The notes beneath the pieces are model-generated. The model did no database searches. It saw only the letters and a list, made by a program, of their open reading frames with translations, and was not told where the DNA came from. The translations under genes were made by a program, and so were the position numbers. From the sequence record DRR378314_1378: 64,000 nt of DNA. One strand, given 5' to 3'. This document shows positions 46,758 through 59,000 of this stretch, one piece after another (position 1 is the stretch's first letter; the number at the start of each line of letters is the position of its first letter).

Positions 46758-47092
46758 ACTTTAAAATGAAATTAAAATTATTAAACGACTTAAAAACTGC
46801 CTTAATTAGCGCCCCCCTCAACTTTGAGTTTGGTGGCCTAACGTTTAAATTTACTGCAAAAATCAAGTTGCTAACTCATAGCGAAGTTACTGCAATAACG
46901 GCACGAGAAGGTGCTGACGATGCTGATATTGTACGCGAGCTATTAGTGGGTTGGGATGACTTTATTGACGATGGCAAAGGTGTGCCCTTTGATAAAAGCA
47001 CCCTTAATGAATTGCTAGTTTACGGTGGGTTAGCCTCTCGTTTAAGTGTTGAGTGTATTAACGCCCAGTACCGTATCACTGAAAAAAACTAG
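46754..47092 (+). CDS. Tail assembly chaperone (G-like)
   Basis: LVGWDD...PF motif; ends ...EKN* on slippery GAAAAAAAC. Confidence 0.8.
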   Translation: MNFKMKLKLLNDLKTALISAPLNFEFGGLTFKFTAKIKLLTHSEVTAITAREGADDADIVRELLVGWDDFIDDGKGVPFDKSTLNELLVYGGLASRLSVECINAQYRITEKN

Positions 47093-47457
47093 CCGATGTT
47101 GCTAGGTGGTTTTTGGGCGACCTAGCAGCAGACAGTAAAACCCTGAATGACGACGAAGCCCATTTTGGCGCACCTACAAAGGACGTGCCACACGATGAGG
47201 AAACATTGTTTGTATTGCCCCCTAACCATACGGCGGTAGTGGCATTAACCACCGCTAGCAGCCAGTGGCAACGGGATAACCAAGGGGTAGAAATTGCCCT
47301 TGATTATGCCAGGGCTGATATAGCCTGGCGTTATGCAAATATAACCCTTAACCCCGATGATTTTGCAAAACTGCAAACCCTAGAGCGCACCATAATTGGT
47401 TTAATAAGGCGACCCGATGAGCAACAACTTGAATTTGGCGTTACGCTTAAGTTATGA
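47089..47457 (+). CDS. Tail assembly chaperone extension (T-like), reached by -1 frameshift
   Basis: Open -1 frame from 47089; SQW...ALDY motif; no good independent start. Confidence 0.75.
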   Translation, partial: LADVARWFLGDLAADSKTLNDDEAHFGAPTKDVPHDEETLFVLPPNHTAVVALTTASSQWQRDNQGVEIALDYARADIAWRYANITLNPDDFAKLQTLERTIIGLIRRPDEQQLEFGVTLKL

Positions 47458-50365
47458 CGGTAAAGCTGTAACCACCGGTGCGCGCCAAAACGTAAACGAA
47501 CTAAACCGCATACCCCAAGCAGTGCAGCGCCAAGTTGCGGCTAACCAGCAGTTAGGTGCTAGCCAAGCCCGTATTATGCAGCAGCAAGGCGCAATGACAC
47601 GGCAGCTGGGGTTAATGAATACAGCGTATGGGCAAATTGGTGCAACGCTCACGACCTTGGTAGGCATTGGCACGGCAACCATGTTTATGCGTGACACTGG
47701 CGCTGCCCAGTTGCTAGATACCAGATTAAAGGGATTAAGTAGCTCAGCTGAAAACTACGCTAAAGTACAAGAATACTTATTTGCCACCTCTGACCGTTTA
47801 AACACCGGTTACACCACCCTTGCAGACTCTTACAGTAAAATATTAACGCTGCAAGATGCTGGCGTTGTTACCCAAACCCAAGGTAAAGCAATTTTAGAAG
47901 GCATGGCCAATGCGGCTGCTAAAACAGGTGCCAGTAATGTGCAGCTTGGGCAAAGTTTATTTGGTATGACGCAAGGGATGACTGCCGGCGTTTTACGTGC
48001 TGAAGAGTTAAACCAAGTAACCGAACCTATGCCAGGGCTTTTACAAAAACTCGATAAAGCAGCCGGAGGTGTAGCAGGTAGCTTTAGAAAAATGGTGAAC
48101 GCTGGTCAAGTAACTAGTCAGATGTTTAAAGCCTACCTCATTAAGGCATTAAATGATTATGCCGGTGCGGCTGAGGCCACAGAAGGTAAAATAAACGCCA
48201 GCTTTGCGGAAATGGGTAACGAGTACCAGCGTTTAATACGTAAATACGAAGAGCCAGTAAATTTTGCCGTAACCAGTGTTATTGACGCAATTACCGAAAG
48301 TATGGCGTATTTACGTCAAAACGAAGACGCTGTTGATAACTTGGTATTTGCAACCAGTGCATTAGCTACGGTATTAACGGGCCATTTAGTAGCGGGTTTA
48401 AGTGCCAGTGCTGCTGGTTATGTTGCAAATATTGCAGCTAAGAACCGTGCGTTAATTGCTGATGCTGCTCTTGCAAAACAAAACCAGGCTAATGCTGTTT
48501 TAGAGCTACAGCGCGCGGCACAAATGAAAGCGTATGCTCAACACACACTTGCTGTGGCTAATACTACTAATTTACGTACAGCTGCTGTTGCCCGCTTAGC
48601 CGCTGCTAATACCCGCTATACAGCAACACAAGCTGCGGCAACTACCGCAACCAATATTTATACAGCTGCCGCTGGGCGAGCAACCTTAGCATCACGTGGA
48701 CTCGCTACTGTAATGGGGTTATTAGGTGGGCCAATTGGTTTAGTGGTCACTGCTGGCATAGCCTTGGCCTACTATCTGAGTGAGAGTGAAAAGGTTGAAA
48801 AGCAAACACCGAAGCTAGAAGCTAAGCTTTATGATTTGGGTGCTGCGTTTGATTCGATTGATAATAAAAAAGCAGCGACTCAGCTTAAACAAACCCAAAA
48901 AGAAATAACAGCCTACACGACTAAAATAGAGCAAGCGTATACAAAAATAGCTGGACTTAAAGCGCGCCAAGAAAACGCAAAAGGCACACGTTTTGCTGGT
49001 TTATATCAACGCCAGATAGACGAAACTCAACAGTATATAAATGAACAAGCAAAGCTGCGCGCTGAGTCAATGAAAACAGCCGCTGAAATTGCCAATGTAA
49101 AACAAAACCTAGACTCACTTGATTGGACAAACGCCACTGCACCAACAAGTACAACAGCCAGTGCCCTACCCGATAATATTAAACGCTTAGAAGTAAGTTT
49201 GATGGGTGAAGAAGCCCGCTTAAAAGACAGCTACGAAATGCGTAAGCAAATGGTGATCGTTGCCCGTGAAAACGATGCAGCTAATAAAGTTAAGTACGAC
49301 GCCATTTTAAAACAGCTTGATGTTAAATATAGCGAAGACCTAAAAACCATTGCACAAAAACGTGAAACCGACAAAACGCGTATACAAAACCAAGCTGAAG
49401 AAAAACGTAAAAACGATTTACAGCGGGATTTAGAAAACCGTATTGCTGTAGTTAAAGGATTTGCTGGGCGTGAAGCACTGGCCGCTTACAATAACGAACT
49501 GAGTGTTGAACAAGCCCGCCAACAAGCGCGCGTTGATGCTAAACGACGAGGGCAAATAGGTTTAGCGGCCAATGATGATGCAGGCGAACTTAAATACAAT
49601 GCTGATAATCAAATTCGTGATTTAGAGCGCCAAACCGAATTAAATTCAGCAGCCGGCTATTTTAGTCAACGTGAAGCAGATGAAGCAGCCCACCAGGAAC
49701 GGTTGTTTCAAATTAAAAACCGTTATGCGGGTGCGCTGCAAAGTAACATTGTGGCGTTCGCTAATTTTGAGAAACAAACCGAAGCAGATAAAGCGAAGGC
49801 CATTGTTGGTTTAGGCGCAGCTACATTTAAAACGATGGCAGGCCAAAGCAAAACAGCCTTTAAAGCTTACAAGGCGTTTGCCATTGCTCAAGCGATTATA
49901 AATACATATCAAAGTGCTACAGCAGCGTTTAACTCATTGGCAGGTATTCCTATTGTTGGGCCTGTGCTTGGTGGTGTAGCCGCAGCCGCTGCTGTTGGCT
50001 TGGGCATGCAACAAGTTAGGCAGATTAAAGCCCAGCAACCCGCAGGTATTGCGCACGGTGGTTTAGATTATGTGCCGAATGAATCTACCTATGTTTTACA
50101 ACGTGGTGAGCGCGTATTAAGCCCTAAACAAAATACCGAAATTAGCCAAATGGCACGGCGTTACAATGCAGGTGGCGCAGCTAATGATGGTGGTGGCTCA
50201 GGTGTAAATATACATATAACCAACCAAATTACTGTACAAGGTGGTGCGGATGAACAAACATCGCAAGCCGTTGGCCAAGACATAGCACGCCAAGTTGTAG
50301 GTGTTGTGGTGGCTAACATTCAAAGTAATGGTGCCATCATTAAAGCTGTACGCGGTGCAGCTTAG
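47417..50365 (+). CDS. Tape measure protein
   Basis: 982 aa, Ala-rich; GVLRAEELNQV tape-measure motif; C-terminal AHGGLDYVP. Confidence 0.92.
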   Translation: MSNNLNLALRLSYDGKAVTTGARQNVNELNRIPQAVQRQVAANQQLGASQARIMQQQGAMTRQLGLMNTAYGQIGATLTTLVGIGTATMFMRDTGAAQLLDTRLKGLSSSAENYAKVQEYLFATSDRLNTGYTTLADSYSKILTLQDAGVVTQTQGKAILEGMANAAAKTGASNVQLGQSLFGMTQGMTAGVLRAEELNQVTEPMPGLLQKLDKAAGGVAGSFRKMVNAGQVTSQMFKAYLIKALNDYAGAAEATEGKINASFAEMGNEYQRLIRKYEEPVNFAVTSVIDAITESMAYLRQNEDAVDNLVFATSALATVLTGHLVAGLSASAAGYVANIAAKNRALIADAALAKQNQANAVLELQRAAQMKAYAQHTLAVANTTNLRTAAVARLAAANTRYTATQAAATTATNIYTAAAGRATLASRGLATVMGLLGGPIGLVVTAGIALAYYLSESEKVEKQTPKLEAKLYDLGAAFDSIDNKKAATQLKQTQKEITAYTTKIEQAYTKIAGLKARQENAKGTRFAGLYQRQIDETQQYINEQAKLRAESMKTAAEIANVKQNLDSLDWTNATAPTSTTASALPDNIKRLEVSLMGEEARLKDSYEMRKQMVIVARENDAANKVKYDAILKQLDVKYSEDLKTIAQKRETDKTRIQNQAEEKRKNDLQRDLENRIAVVKGFAGREALAAYNNELSVEQARQQARVDAKRRGQIGLAANDDAGELKYNADNQIRDLERQTELNSAAGYFSQREADEAAHQERLFQIKNRYAGALQSNIVAFANFEKQTEADKAKAIVGLGAATFKTMAGQSKTAFKAYKAFAIAQAIINTYQSATAAFNSLAGIPIVGPVLGGVAAAAAVGLGMQQVRQIKAQQPAGIAHGGLDYVPNESTYVLQRGERVLSPKQNTEISQMARRYNAGGAANDGGGSGVNIHITNQITVQGGADEQTSQAVGQDIARQVVGVVVANIQSNGAIIKAVRGAA

Positions 50366-50413
50366 TTGTTAAGTGTTTGAGATTAGTGTAAAAAGGAGTT
50401 TTAAAGCGAGGGA

Positions 50414-51298
50414 ATGTTCATGAGTAAAAACCTTAAAGAAACAGCAACAAATATTTTTAAACAGTCAAATAGAAACCCTGCAATTTACTCTATTTTTATA
50501 GCTATATTTGGTTGTGCTTTTTTTGTATATGAGTTTTTTAACACATTTAGTTTTAATTTAAATACCCCTATTGAGAATTGGGTTGCCACGGCTTCATATT
50601 TTAACAATGTTTTTTCACCAATACTGTTATTTGTATCGATACTTTTGCTATACAGAACTTGGAAAGATTCAAAAACTGCTCTCGAATTACAAAAAATGGA
50701 GCTGGAAGAGACAAAAAAAGTGCTTTTGCAGCAAGTTGATTTACAGAACATCCCTATTGTTCAACAATCTATTTTAAGTTTAGTGGATGATTTAAATATT
50801 TATTTAAATAAGGAGATTACTTTATGTATTGATAATGAAAAGCATACGATTACAACAATGAAACCGAGAGAAGGTTCAATGGATAAACTTTATTGCATCA
50901 ACAAATTGATTATTGAATATTATACAAAAATTGCACTAGATAAAAATAATAAAGTGACTAATTCTTATCGGAATATATTAAATAGCGGGAATTTGAGCTT
51001 CCCAGAAACAGAGTTAAAAGCACTATCATTGTTATTAAAAGCTATCGATAAGTCAGAAAAAAAAGAATTTATAGAAATAAGTTTATTTAGTAAATTTGAT
51101 TTGCGAGTTTGGCTATTTTTCTCTTATAAATTATATTCTTTGAAAGGAAAAAAACGTAAATATGGTAATGGGTATGATTATGATGAGATGTTTGAAGTAA
51201 TAGCCACTCTTACTTATAAAAGATTAAAAAAATCTTCTTGGCTCTCGAGTTTGCCTACAGCTTTTCGGCATGAATTAGAGCTAAAGGAAATTAAATAA
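50414..51298 (+). CDS. Cargo (moron) protein, two TM + coiled coil + soluble domain
   Basis: W...ASYFNNVFSPIL..SILLL...LELQKMELEET; AT-rich island in the tail operon. Confidence 0.6.
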   Translation: MFMSKNLKETATNIFKQSNRNPAIYSIFIAIFGCAFFVYEFFNTFSFNLNTPIENWVATASYFNNVFSPILLFVSILLLYRTWKDSKTALELQKMELEETKKVLLQQVDLQNIPIVQQSILSLVDDLNIYLNKEITLCIDNEKHTITTMKPREGSMDKLYCINKLIIEYYTKIALDKNNKVTNSYRNILNSGNLSFPETELKALSLLLKAIDKSEKKEFIEISLFSKFDLRVWLFFSYKLYSLKGKKRKYGNGYDYDEMFEVIATLTYKRLKKSSWLSSLPTAFRHELELKEIK

Positions 51299-51351
51299 AC
51301 TTACCGAGTGAGTTTGTTTTTTTAATAATATTGTTTGCTATTACTATAAAA

Positions 51352-51398
51352 CTGTAAACCCCTTTCCAGCCGAAAGCTTTCCCGCTAAATTTTATACT
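51352..51398 (+). promoter_or_regulatory. Putative activator-dependent late promoter (tail-tip operon)
   Basis: CTGTAAA-N4-TTTCCAGC-N22-TATACT. Confidence 0.65.
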
Positions 51399-51423
51399 CG
51401 TTACCAGTGTTTTATTATGAAAC

Positions 51424-52038
51424 TTGGTAACGATGCAACCACTCCCCCTACCCAAACGGCCTAAGCTCTCTAACTTTACATTAGTACCCAATAGCCAAAT
51501 ACACTTAAATAAAGCCAATAATGCTACCGAGATTTACGACCTTGAGGGTGCTTACTGGGAATTTGAAATTGAACTTGCTAATGTACCTGAGCGCGATGCG
51601 TTAGCCCTTGACGGTTTTATTGCCAGCCTGCGCGGCCAAGTGGGCACATTTACTTTAATTGATTACCGCCGTGAGCAGCTTGATAAAGACTTTGTAGGCT
51701 ATGTGCGTGGTGCAAACCAAGATGGCAATATTTTAAACATTGATGGCCTACCCGCTAACCAAACCCTGCTGGTTGTTGGCGAACGTATGCAAGTAGGCGT
51801 TGGCCAAAACACCGAACTTAAAGTATTAACCCAAGATTTAATGACTGACTCATTTGGCCGTGCCACGGTTATATTTGAATCCCCTCTACGCAAAATACCT
51901 GCAGACAATACACACATTACATTTAAACAACCGGTTGGTTTGTTCCGCCTTGCTGATAACAAGCAAGGGCTTGCCAGTGCGCAGTATAAAAACGGCATCG
52001 TCACCAGCTGGAAAATCAAAGGGCGGGAGGCGTTTTAA
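51424..52038 (+). CDS. Distal tail protein
   Basis: First tail-tip gene; FIASLRGQVG motif. Confidence 0.6.
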   Translation: MVTMQPLPLPKRPKLSNFTLVPNSQIHLNKANNATEIYDLEGAYWEFEIELANVPERDALALDGFIASLRGQVGTFTLIDYRREQLDKDFVGYVRGANQDGNILNIDGLPANQTLLVVGERMQVGVGQNTELKVLTQDLMTDSFGRATVIFESPLRKIPADNTHITFKQPVGLFRLADNKQGLASAQYKNGIVTSWKIKGREAF

Positions 52039-52628
52039 TGGAAAGCCTAAATGCCGCTCTACTCGCTGACTTAGCCACCAGTGGCCGCGCTCGCTTTTTT
52101 GTACGCCTGGCATTTAAAAGTGGCGATGTACTGTTACATACCGGTGTGGGTGAACGCCGCTTTGCTAATTTAACTTGGTATGGCGTGGGCATGCTCGGCA
52201 CTGTAAGTGAGATACCCGCCAACGATAAAAACGACAGTGCCCGCATACGTTTAACCCTACACACCCAAGACCAGGCTATTTTAGCTGAGGTAGCCGAAAA
52301 CGACCCAATAAGCCAGGGCTGTGAAATATACCTAGTGACTGTTGATGAACACTATCGCGTTAGTCAAAGCCAGCTGCTTGAAAGTGGGTATATAGTTGCC
52401 TGTGACGTAGAGCGCGGCGCTGTATCGCAAATACAGCTATCTGTTGCGGGAGAAAGCGAGCGCTGGAAAGAAGCCCGTTTAAATCAGCGTTGGAATGATG
52501 CCACCCAAAAGTCACTTCACCCGGGTGACGTGTTTTTTAGTGAACAAACCAGTGCCAACAAACAAAACCTACCTGATACACAACCTGGTAACTACATAGG
52601 AGGGCCACGCAATGAACGTCGCCGCTAA
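52038..52628 (+). CDS. Tail tip/hub protein
   Basis: LHTGVG...WYGVGMLG and Q...HPGD.FF motifs. Confidence 0.65.
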   Translation: MESLNAALLADLATSGRARFFVRLAFKSGDVLLHTGVGERRFANLTWYGVGMLGTVSEIPANDKNDSARIRLTLHTQDQAILAEVAENDPISQGCEIYLVTVDEHYRVSQSQLLESGYIVACDVERGAVSQIQLSVAGESERWKEARLNQRWNDATQKSLHPGDVFFSEQTSANKQNLPDTQPGNYIGGPRNERRR

Positions 52629-53022
52629 GCTTGCTGCTTTTATCAATCAGCGTAATTGTGAACCCTTTAAATGGGGTAAAAACGATTGCTGCTTATTAGT
52701 GGCTGATTGGGTGCTCTTTGCAATCGGTAGCGATTTAGCTGCGGATTTTAGAGGTAAATACCGCACAGAAAATGGTGCATTTAAACAATTATTTAAACGC
52801 GGTTTAAACGATGTTCAAAGCGTGTTTAAAGAGCGTTTAAACCCTGCTATTGCAGTTAGTTATGCCCGCCGTGGTGATTTGGCGTTAGTTGAATTTAATA
52901 ATGAGCTTGTGGGTGGGATTGTAGCTATAAACGCCGTGGTGTGTGTAGGAGAGCATGGATTGGTGACGTTAGAAATGGATGCTGTTAAAGCCGTTTACCC
53001 GCTGGAGCTACGCAATGTCTAA
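52612..53022 (+). CDS. NlpC/P60-like tail tip assembly protein (DUF6950-like)
   Basis: PFKWGKNDCC...FRGKY...ARRGD motifs. Confidence 0.75.
   Translation: MNVAAKLAAFINQRNCEPFKWGKNDCCLLVADWVLFAIGSDLAADFRGKYRTENGAFKQLFKRGLNDVQSVFKERLNPAIAVSYARRGDLALVEFNNELVGGIVAINAVVCVGEHGLVTLEMDAVKAVYPLELRNV
52780..52841. repeat. TTTAAA array, 11-bp period, inside a coding sequence
   Basis: TT(T/C)AAA at 52780, 52792, 52803, 52814, 52825, 52836. Confidence 0.85.
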
Positions 53023-56000
53023 GGTTGTAGATACTGTTGTTAATGTTGTTGATGACGTATTTGACTATACGGGTTTAGGCGCACTGTGGGATTCGTTAGC
53101 ACCTGACTTGCCTGAGAATGATTTAGCGACTTTAGGCCAAGGTTTGCAAAAAGGCATAGACCAACCACGCCGTATTACCTTTGGACGTGACCGTGTGGGT
53201 GGTGTGATTGCCCATCAAGCGGAGGTTGAGAAAGGCGATAAAAAATGGATGCAGTTAATTGTACTCATTAATGGCGCTGCTATTGATGCCCTCGAAGAAA
53301 TTTATATTGCTGATAAAAGGCTAAGCGAATACCCAAGTGAAAGCTGGGATTATTCGCTCAGTGATGGCCGCCAAACCACAGCGAATACAAAAGCAGTGGC
53401 TAAAATGGCAGGCTGGACCAGTGAGCATGTGGGCTTTGGCCAAAGCTATATTTTTATAGAGATTGAAAATAATCGTGAAGTGTTTGAAGACGGCATAAGC
53501 GATATGGGTTTTTTAATACGCGGTGCTCGTGTATGGGACCCACGCGATACAAGCCAAGACCCTGACGATGAAAGTACCTGGCTTTGGAGCCAAAACGCCG
53601 TGTTATGCGCCCTGCACTATGTACGGTTTTATGGCGCATATGAGGTACCATTTAGTCGATTGCCGCTTCAGTGGTGGATTGCGGCAATTAACGTGTGTGA
53701 TGAAGAGGCCGAGTTTACCGACGCTGAGGGCGTTGTTACCACTGAACCACGTTACACAACCAACGGTAGCTTTACATTTAGCACTAAACCAATAGAGGTT
53801 TTAAACCAGTTAGAAGCTTGCTTTGCAGGTAAAATTTTTAGGCAAATGGGACAATGGTATGTGCGTGTAGGTGCCTGGTATGGCAACCCAACGTACACAA
53901 TTAATCAGGATGATGTACACGGCAATATTAAAATAAAATGGCACGCTGATTTACGCGACCGTGCCAATGTTGTTAGAGCCACATTTACCGATCCTCAGCA
54001 AAACTATGACCGTACAGATGCCCCGCCTGTTGTGTCTGATGGATATCAAACTATTGATAACCAGGTGTTAGAAAAGTCAATTTCATTGCCGTTTGTCCGT
54101 AGTAGCACCACAGCACAACGCCTAGCCACAATACATTTAGAGCAAACACGTTTAGGTGAAATAGAGCTACCGCTTAAACATAAAGGCTTAGCTGCAGCGG
54201 TTGGCCGCACAGTGCTTTTAAACTTACCGAATGAATCAATAAATAACAAAATTTACCGTGTTATTGAGCGCCGTTTTAGATTAGATGGGGGCGTTACCTT
54301 GATGTGTATTGAAGACGGCCCCGATTTATGGGCTGATAACATAATACCAGGCGCGCAGGATTTAACCCCAAACAGCGATTACTTAGTAGGCAAACCTCAG
54401 CCTATTTTTGATGTACGGGTGACCATTGATGGTGACGGTAACGGTGTAATAAAATGGAACCACCCGACCCCGCTTGCAGTAAACGAATATGATATTGAGT
54501 TTATTAATACTGCGGCTAACGAGCCGGTATTTAAAACCTCTGTTACGTATACGCAGGTCACAATCCCAAATTTGCAGCTGGGAGAATACACCGCGCGTAT
54601 TAGTGCTAAAAACATATTTGGCCAGCGCTCATTGCTTGTAGCTGTGCAATTTAGTGTACTCACCCCTACCTTACCTACGGTTTATGTAACAGCTGATTAT
54701 AACCAAATTACGCTCACTGCCGAGATTGCAGCAGCAGGCATTGGCACCGCGTTTGAATGGGAATTTTTGGGCACTGCAGCACAGCCACATAATGGCGAAC
54801 GTATACTTGCACAGATTTATAACCGCATTGGTTTACAAAGTGAAACCGAGTATAACTTTAGAGTACGCAGCGTTAATCACCTTGGCGCAAGTGACTGGGT
54901 GAATGTAACGGCCACCACGACCACCGTTGATTTAACTGAGTATATTAATGAATTACCCCTCACTAAACTAAGCGAAGAAGCACAAACCCTTATTGCGGAC
55001 ATTGACGCGCAAGTTGACCGTTTGCGCCCTGAAACAGAAAACAACCTGCCCAGTTTAATAGCTAAAAACATCAACGCGATAACGGGACTTGCTGAAAAGG
55101 TGCAAGTGATTGACGCTGAAAATCCAAACAATTTACAGCAACAATTGGCCGATTCAAACAGCAAAATAAACGATTTAGAGCGTGTAACAGAGGTATTAGA
55201 CGCCTCTATAGATGACAGCTTACCAGCGCTAATCAAACTCAATAATATTGCTATAGAGCAGCAACGTTTAGCACAGCAAGATATGAGTTTATCGCTACTA
55301 AATGTAACGGGTGCCTATACTAACTGGCGTAACGAATACGAGCGCCGTTCGCTTAACAACGAGCGCTTAATAGATGCTGCCGTGTATGTTGATCCAGACA
55401 CGGGCACCATTATTAATCGTGCCTATGCTATCGCTGAGGAAAGCTTTAATAGCGCCACAGTTATGATTGAGGGCGTTAACAGCAAGATCACTCTTGCGTC
55501 ACAGCAAATCCAGCAATCACAAAACAGGTTAAGCCAAGCGGAGGCTACACTCCTTGTGCAATCCGCGCAAATCAACCAAAAAGCCACGTTTGCTGAGGTT
55601 GACGGGCAAATTGCTGGCGCACTAGCTGCGCTGCAACCTGCCTACAGCTGGCAGTTTAATACAGGCAATGAAGGGTTTGATCCAGATAGCCATAACGCCC
55701 AGGGCTATATTGTGGTCACAACGCAAATTAGTAGCCCTGTTATTAGCTATAACGCAGATGAAAACCCGATGTTTCGCCTGCGAATACGTAAACACGCAGG
55801 TGCTACATGGAAAGGCGATATTAAATTTAATGGCGGCACCACTACCCTACATTTGCCAGAGCCAACCAGTAATGAGTTTGAGACTTTAACCCTTGATGCC
55901 ACAGGCGCAGCAGGCTACACGGGCACCATTACTAGCCTAGAGTTTGACTTAGGCCCCTGTGATATCGACTTTATAGAAGTCGGTAAACGTGGCGCGAATG

Positions 56001-59000
56001 ATTTAGCCCTTGCTGATATAACCTCACGCACAACCGAGCTTGAGCAAGATATTAACGCGGCCACGGGTATTATGGGTCAGTACGCGACCACCGCGTGGGT
56101 TAATGCGTTGGGTTATCAAACGCAAAGCAATGTACAAACGTTGATTGACTCGTTTAATGCTCAATACAGCATTGCCACCACGCTGCAAGAGTTTGCAGCG
56201 AATAATACAATTGTAAAAGCTAATACAGCACAACTTTGGATAGATGCCTCAGATGCGATTATTAAAAGCCAAGTCATCAGTGTTTTAAACAGTGAGGATG
56301 GTGTAAACCAACGCATAAGTAGTGCTGAGCAAAGCATTGATGCCATGGCGGGTGAAATTAGCCAAAGCATTACTCAGGTGGCGGGCCTTGCCCTTGATGT
56401 TAAAGACCAAAGTTTGAGTGACATACTCAATGAGTACAATCAGCTTATACAAAATAATGAGTTGGCAGCACAAAGTGTTAGCCTGGCTATTGCAAACCAA
56501 AAGCTCACGGCTGTAACAGACGATATTAAGTCACTCGCAACGCAAACATTGGAATTAGCGGGTTTATACGGTCAAAATGCGGCATTTTTAACAAGCCTAA
56601 ACAGCGCCTTTGCAAATGAAGCAACTGCCCGTTCAACCACAGAACGTGAGCTGCGCGCGGAAATAATTAACGAAGGAACACGCTCTATAGCCCAAGCGAA
56701 TGAACGCTTAGAGGCAACCGTGGGGTATTGCATAGATGCTGATGGCAACCGTGTTGATGAAGCAGATGCCCTAGCCTGTATTGCTGCGGGCCATGAATGG
56801 ATAGCGGGCCCATTAGTTGAATTAATTAATAATTACACGGCTGTATTTGTTGGCGCTCAAGGCTACCAAACGGCGGCGAACGTGCAGCAGTTTATTAGCA
56901 CGTTTGATGGTCAATATGGCATTACGTCCCTCATTCAAACAATTAATGAAGAAGGAACAGTTTTAGATGCAAAAGAAGCTAAGCAATGGATTGATTCCTC
57001 AAACGGCACTATTGAAAACGTTATTACTCAGTATGTTAATAAACCAAATGGTATAAACGACAACATCGCGTTTGCGTATGACTTAATACAAGCTAATGCC
57101 GACGAAATCAGCGCCAGCGCCACCGCACAGCAACAATTATCGGCTCGTATGGATAACGCCGAAGCGGATATAAATACCCTTGATGCGGTCATTGTCACAG
57201 AGCAACAAGCGCGTGCAAGTATGGGGGCACAGCTACGCATTGAGTTCCAAACGCAAGATTTAGCGATGCTGGCCACCGCCAATGAATATACCCGTGCAGT
57301 AACTGGTTATTGCGTTGATGCCAATGGCGAACGTGTTGATCAAGATGATGCCGTGCAATGTGAACTTGACGGCCATACTTGGGTTGACGGCCCTGCCGTG
57401 CAGCGCGCCGTTGAAATTGGTGCAGCTTGGGTAACGTTGCAAGGCTATCAAACACAAAGTAACGTAAGCCAACTGCTTGATACCTTTAATGCCACGCATC
57501 AAATAAGTGCGACACTGCAAGAGTTTAACGACAACAACACTATCACTAAAGCCAACAATGCCCAGCAGTTTTTAAATGGTAAAGACGCTTATTTTGAAAC
57601 CCGCATTACTGCCTTTAATGCCGCAGATGGTGGCGTTGATGCTAAATTTAGCGATGTCTCACAACGCCTCGATGCTGCCGAAGGGTCACTATCTACCAGT
57701 ATTGTGCAAATTCAAGGACTAGAGCAGAGCCAGCAGTTTAATGACCTAAACGAAGTCATAGCCGCGTATAATCAGCTATTAGATAACAAAGAGCTGTCAG
57801 AACTTAAAATAAAAGCCGCGTTCGCTAACGAAAAGCTACAAGCCCAAACGAGCGAACTTGACAGCATTGCTCAGCAACAGCTTGAACTAGCCGCCTTATT
57901 CGAAAGCAATAACGCGATTATTACATCCGTAAGTAGTGCTTTTGCTAATCAATACCAAGCAAGCGTGGTGCGCGACCAACGCTATCAAGCCACGTTTGAC
58001 AATGTAACCGCGCGCTTTAGTGATGTAACCACAGCCATTGCCACAATTGATGAAGCCAATACGCTACGTGATATTGAGTTTGAATCGTTTGTTGCCGATA
58101 CCATTGCCAGCTTTGACGAAGTAAGCGAAACCTTTGCGAGTCAAAATCAAGCCTTCAGCACGCTACAGCAAACACTGACCGCTAAAATTGAAGCGGACAC
58201 CGAGGGCGCTAAAGACACCGCTATAGCTACAGCGCAAGAGTATACGCGCACCGCTGTGGGCTACTGCTTAAATGCACAAGGCCAAATCACCAGTGAAAAT
58301 GATGCGGTTAAGTGTGTTGCGGATGGTGGCTCATGGGTTCAAGGCCCATTGGCTGAATACATTGCCAATCTACAAATCAGCGACGGTGAAAACAGCGCCA
58401 GCATTAAACAGCTACGCCAACTCTTTACCACGGTTGATGGTAAGTTGGTTGCCCGTGGTGGCTGGACACTCGACAACAATGGCCGTGTAACAGGTATCGC
58501 TGGTTATAACGATGGTGTATTAGCCAGTATAGATATTGTGGGAGATATAATACGCCAAGGTGCGATGGTAGAGGGTACGTTTGTGCCTACTTCTTACGTT
58601 GATAATAGCGACCCACTGAAACCTCAGCATGTTATACGTGGGCGTTTAGTGCTGGGTGATGGTCACGAAGTTAAAAATCTTGAGGATATAAAAGCGCAAG
58701 ATGGTGCGGATGGAAAAGACGGGAAAGATGGTATTGATGGTCAAAACGGTGCAACTGGGCCGCAAGGTATCCCAGGGCCTAAAGGCGTGGATGGTCTATC
58801 TACCTATACATGGTTAAAGTATGCAGATAACGCCAATGGTTCGGGGCTTAGCAACTTACCCACTAACAAACAGTATATTGGCTTTGCTTACAATAAAACC
58901 ACGCCTACCGAGTCAACCAACCCCGCTGATTACAAATGGTCAAAAATAAAAGGCGAAGATGGCGCAAACGGTACGGATGGTGTCCCTGGTGCCAAAGGTG

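Noticed and set aside
46760-46794. Possible seventh TTTAAA array
   Set aside because: Degenerate units with spacings 11, 9 and 9; explainable by Leu/Lys codons
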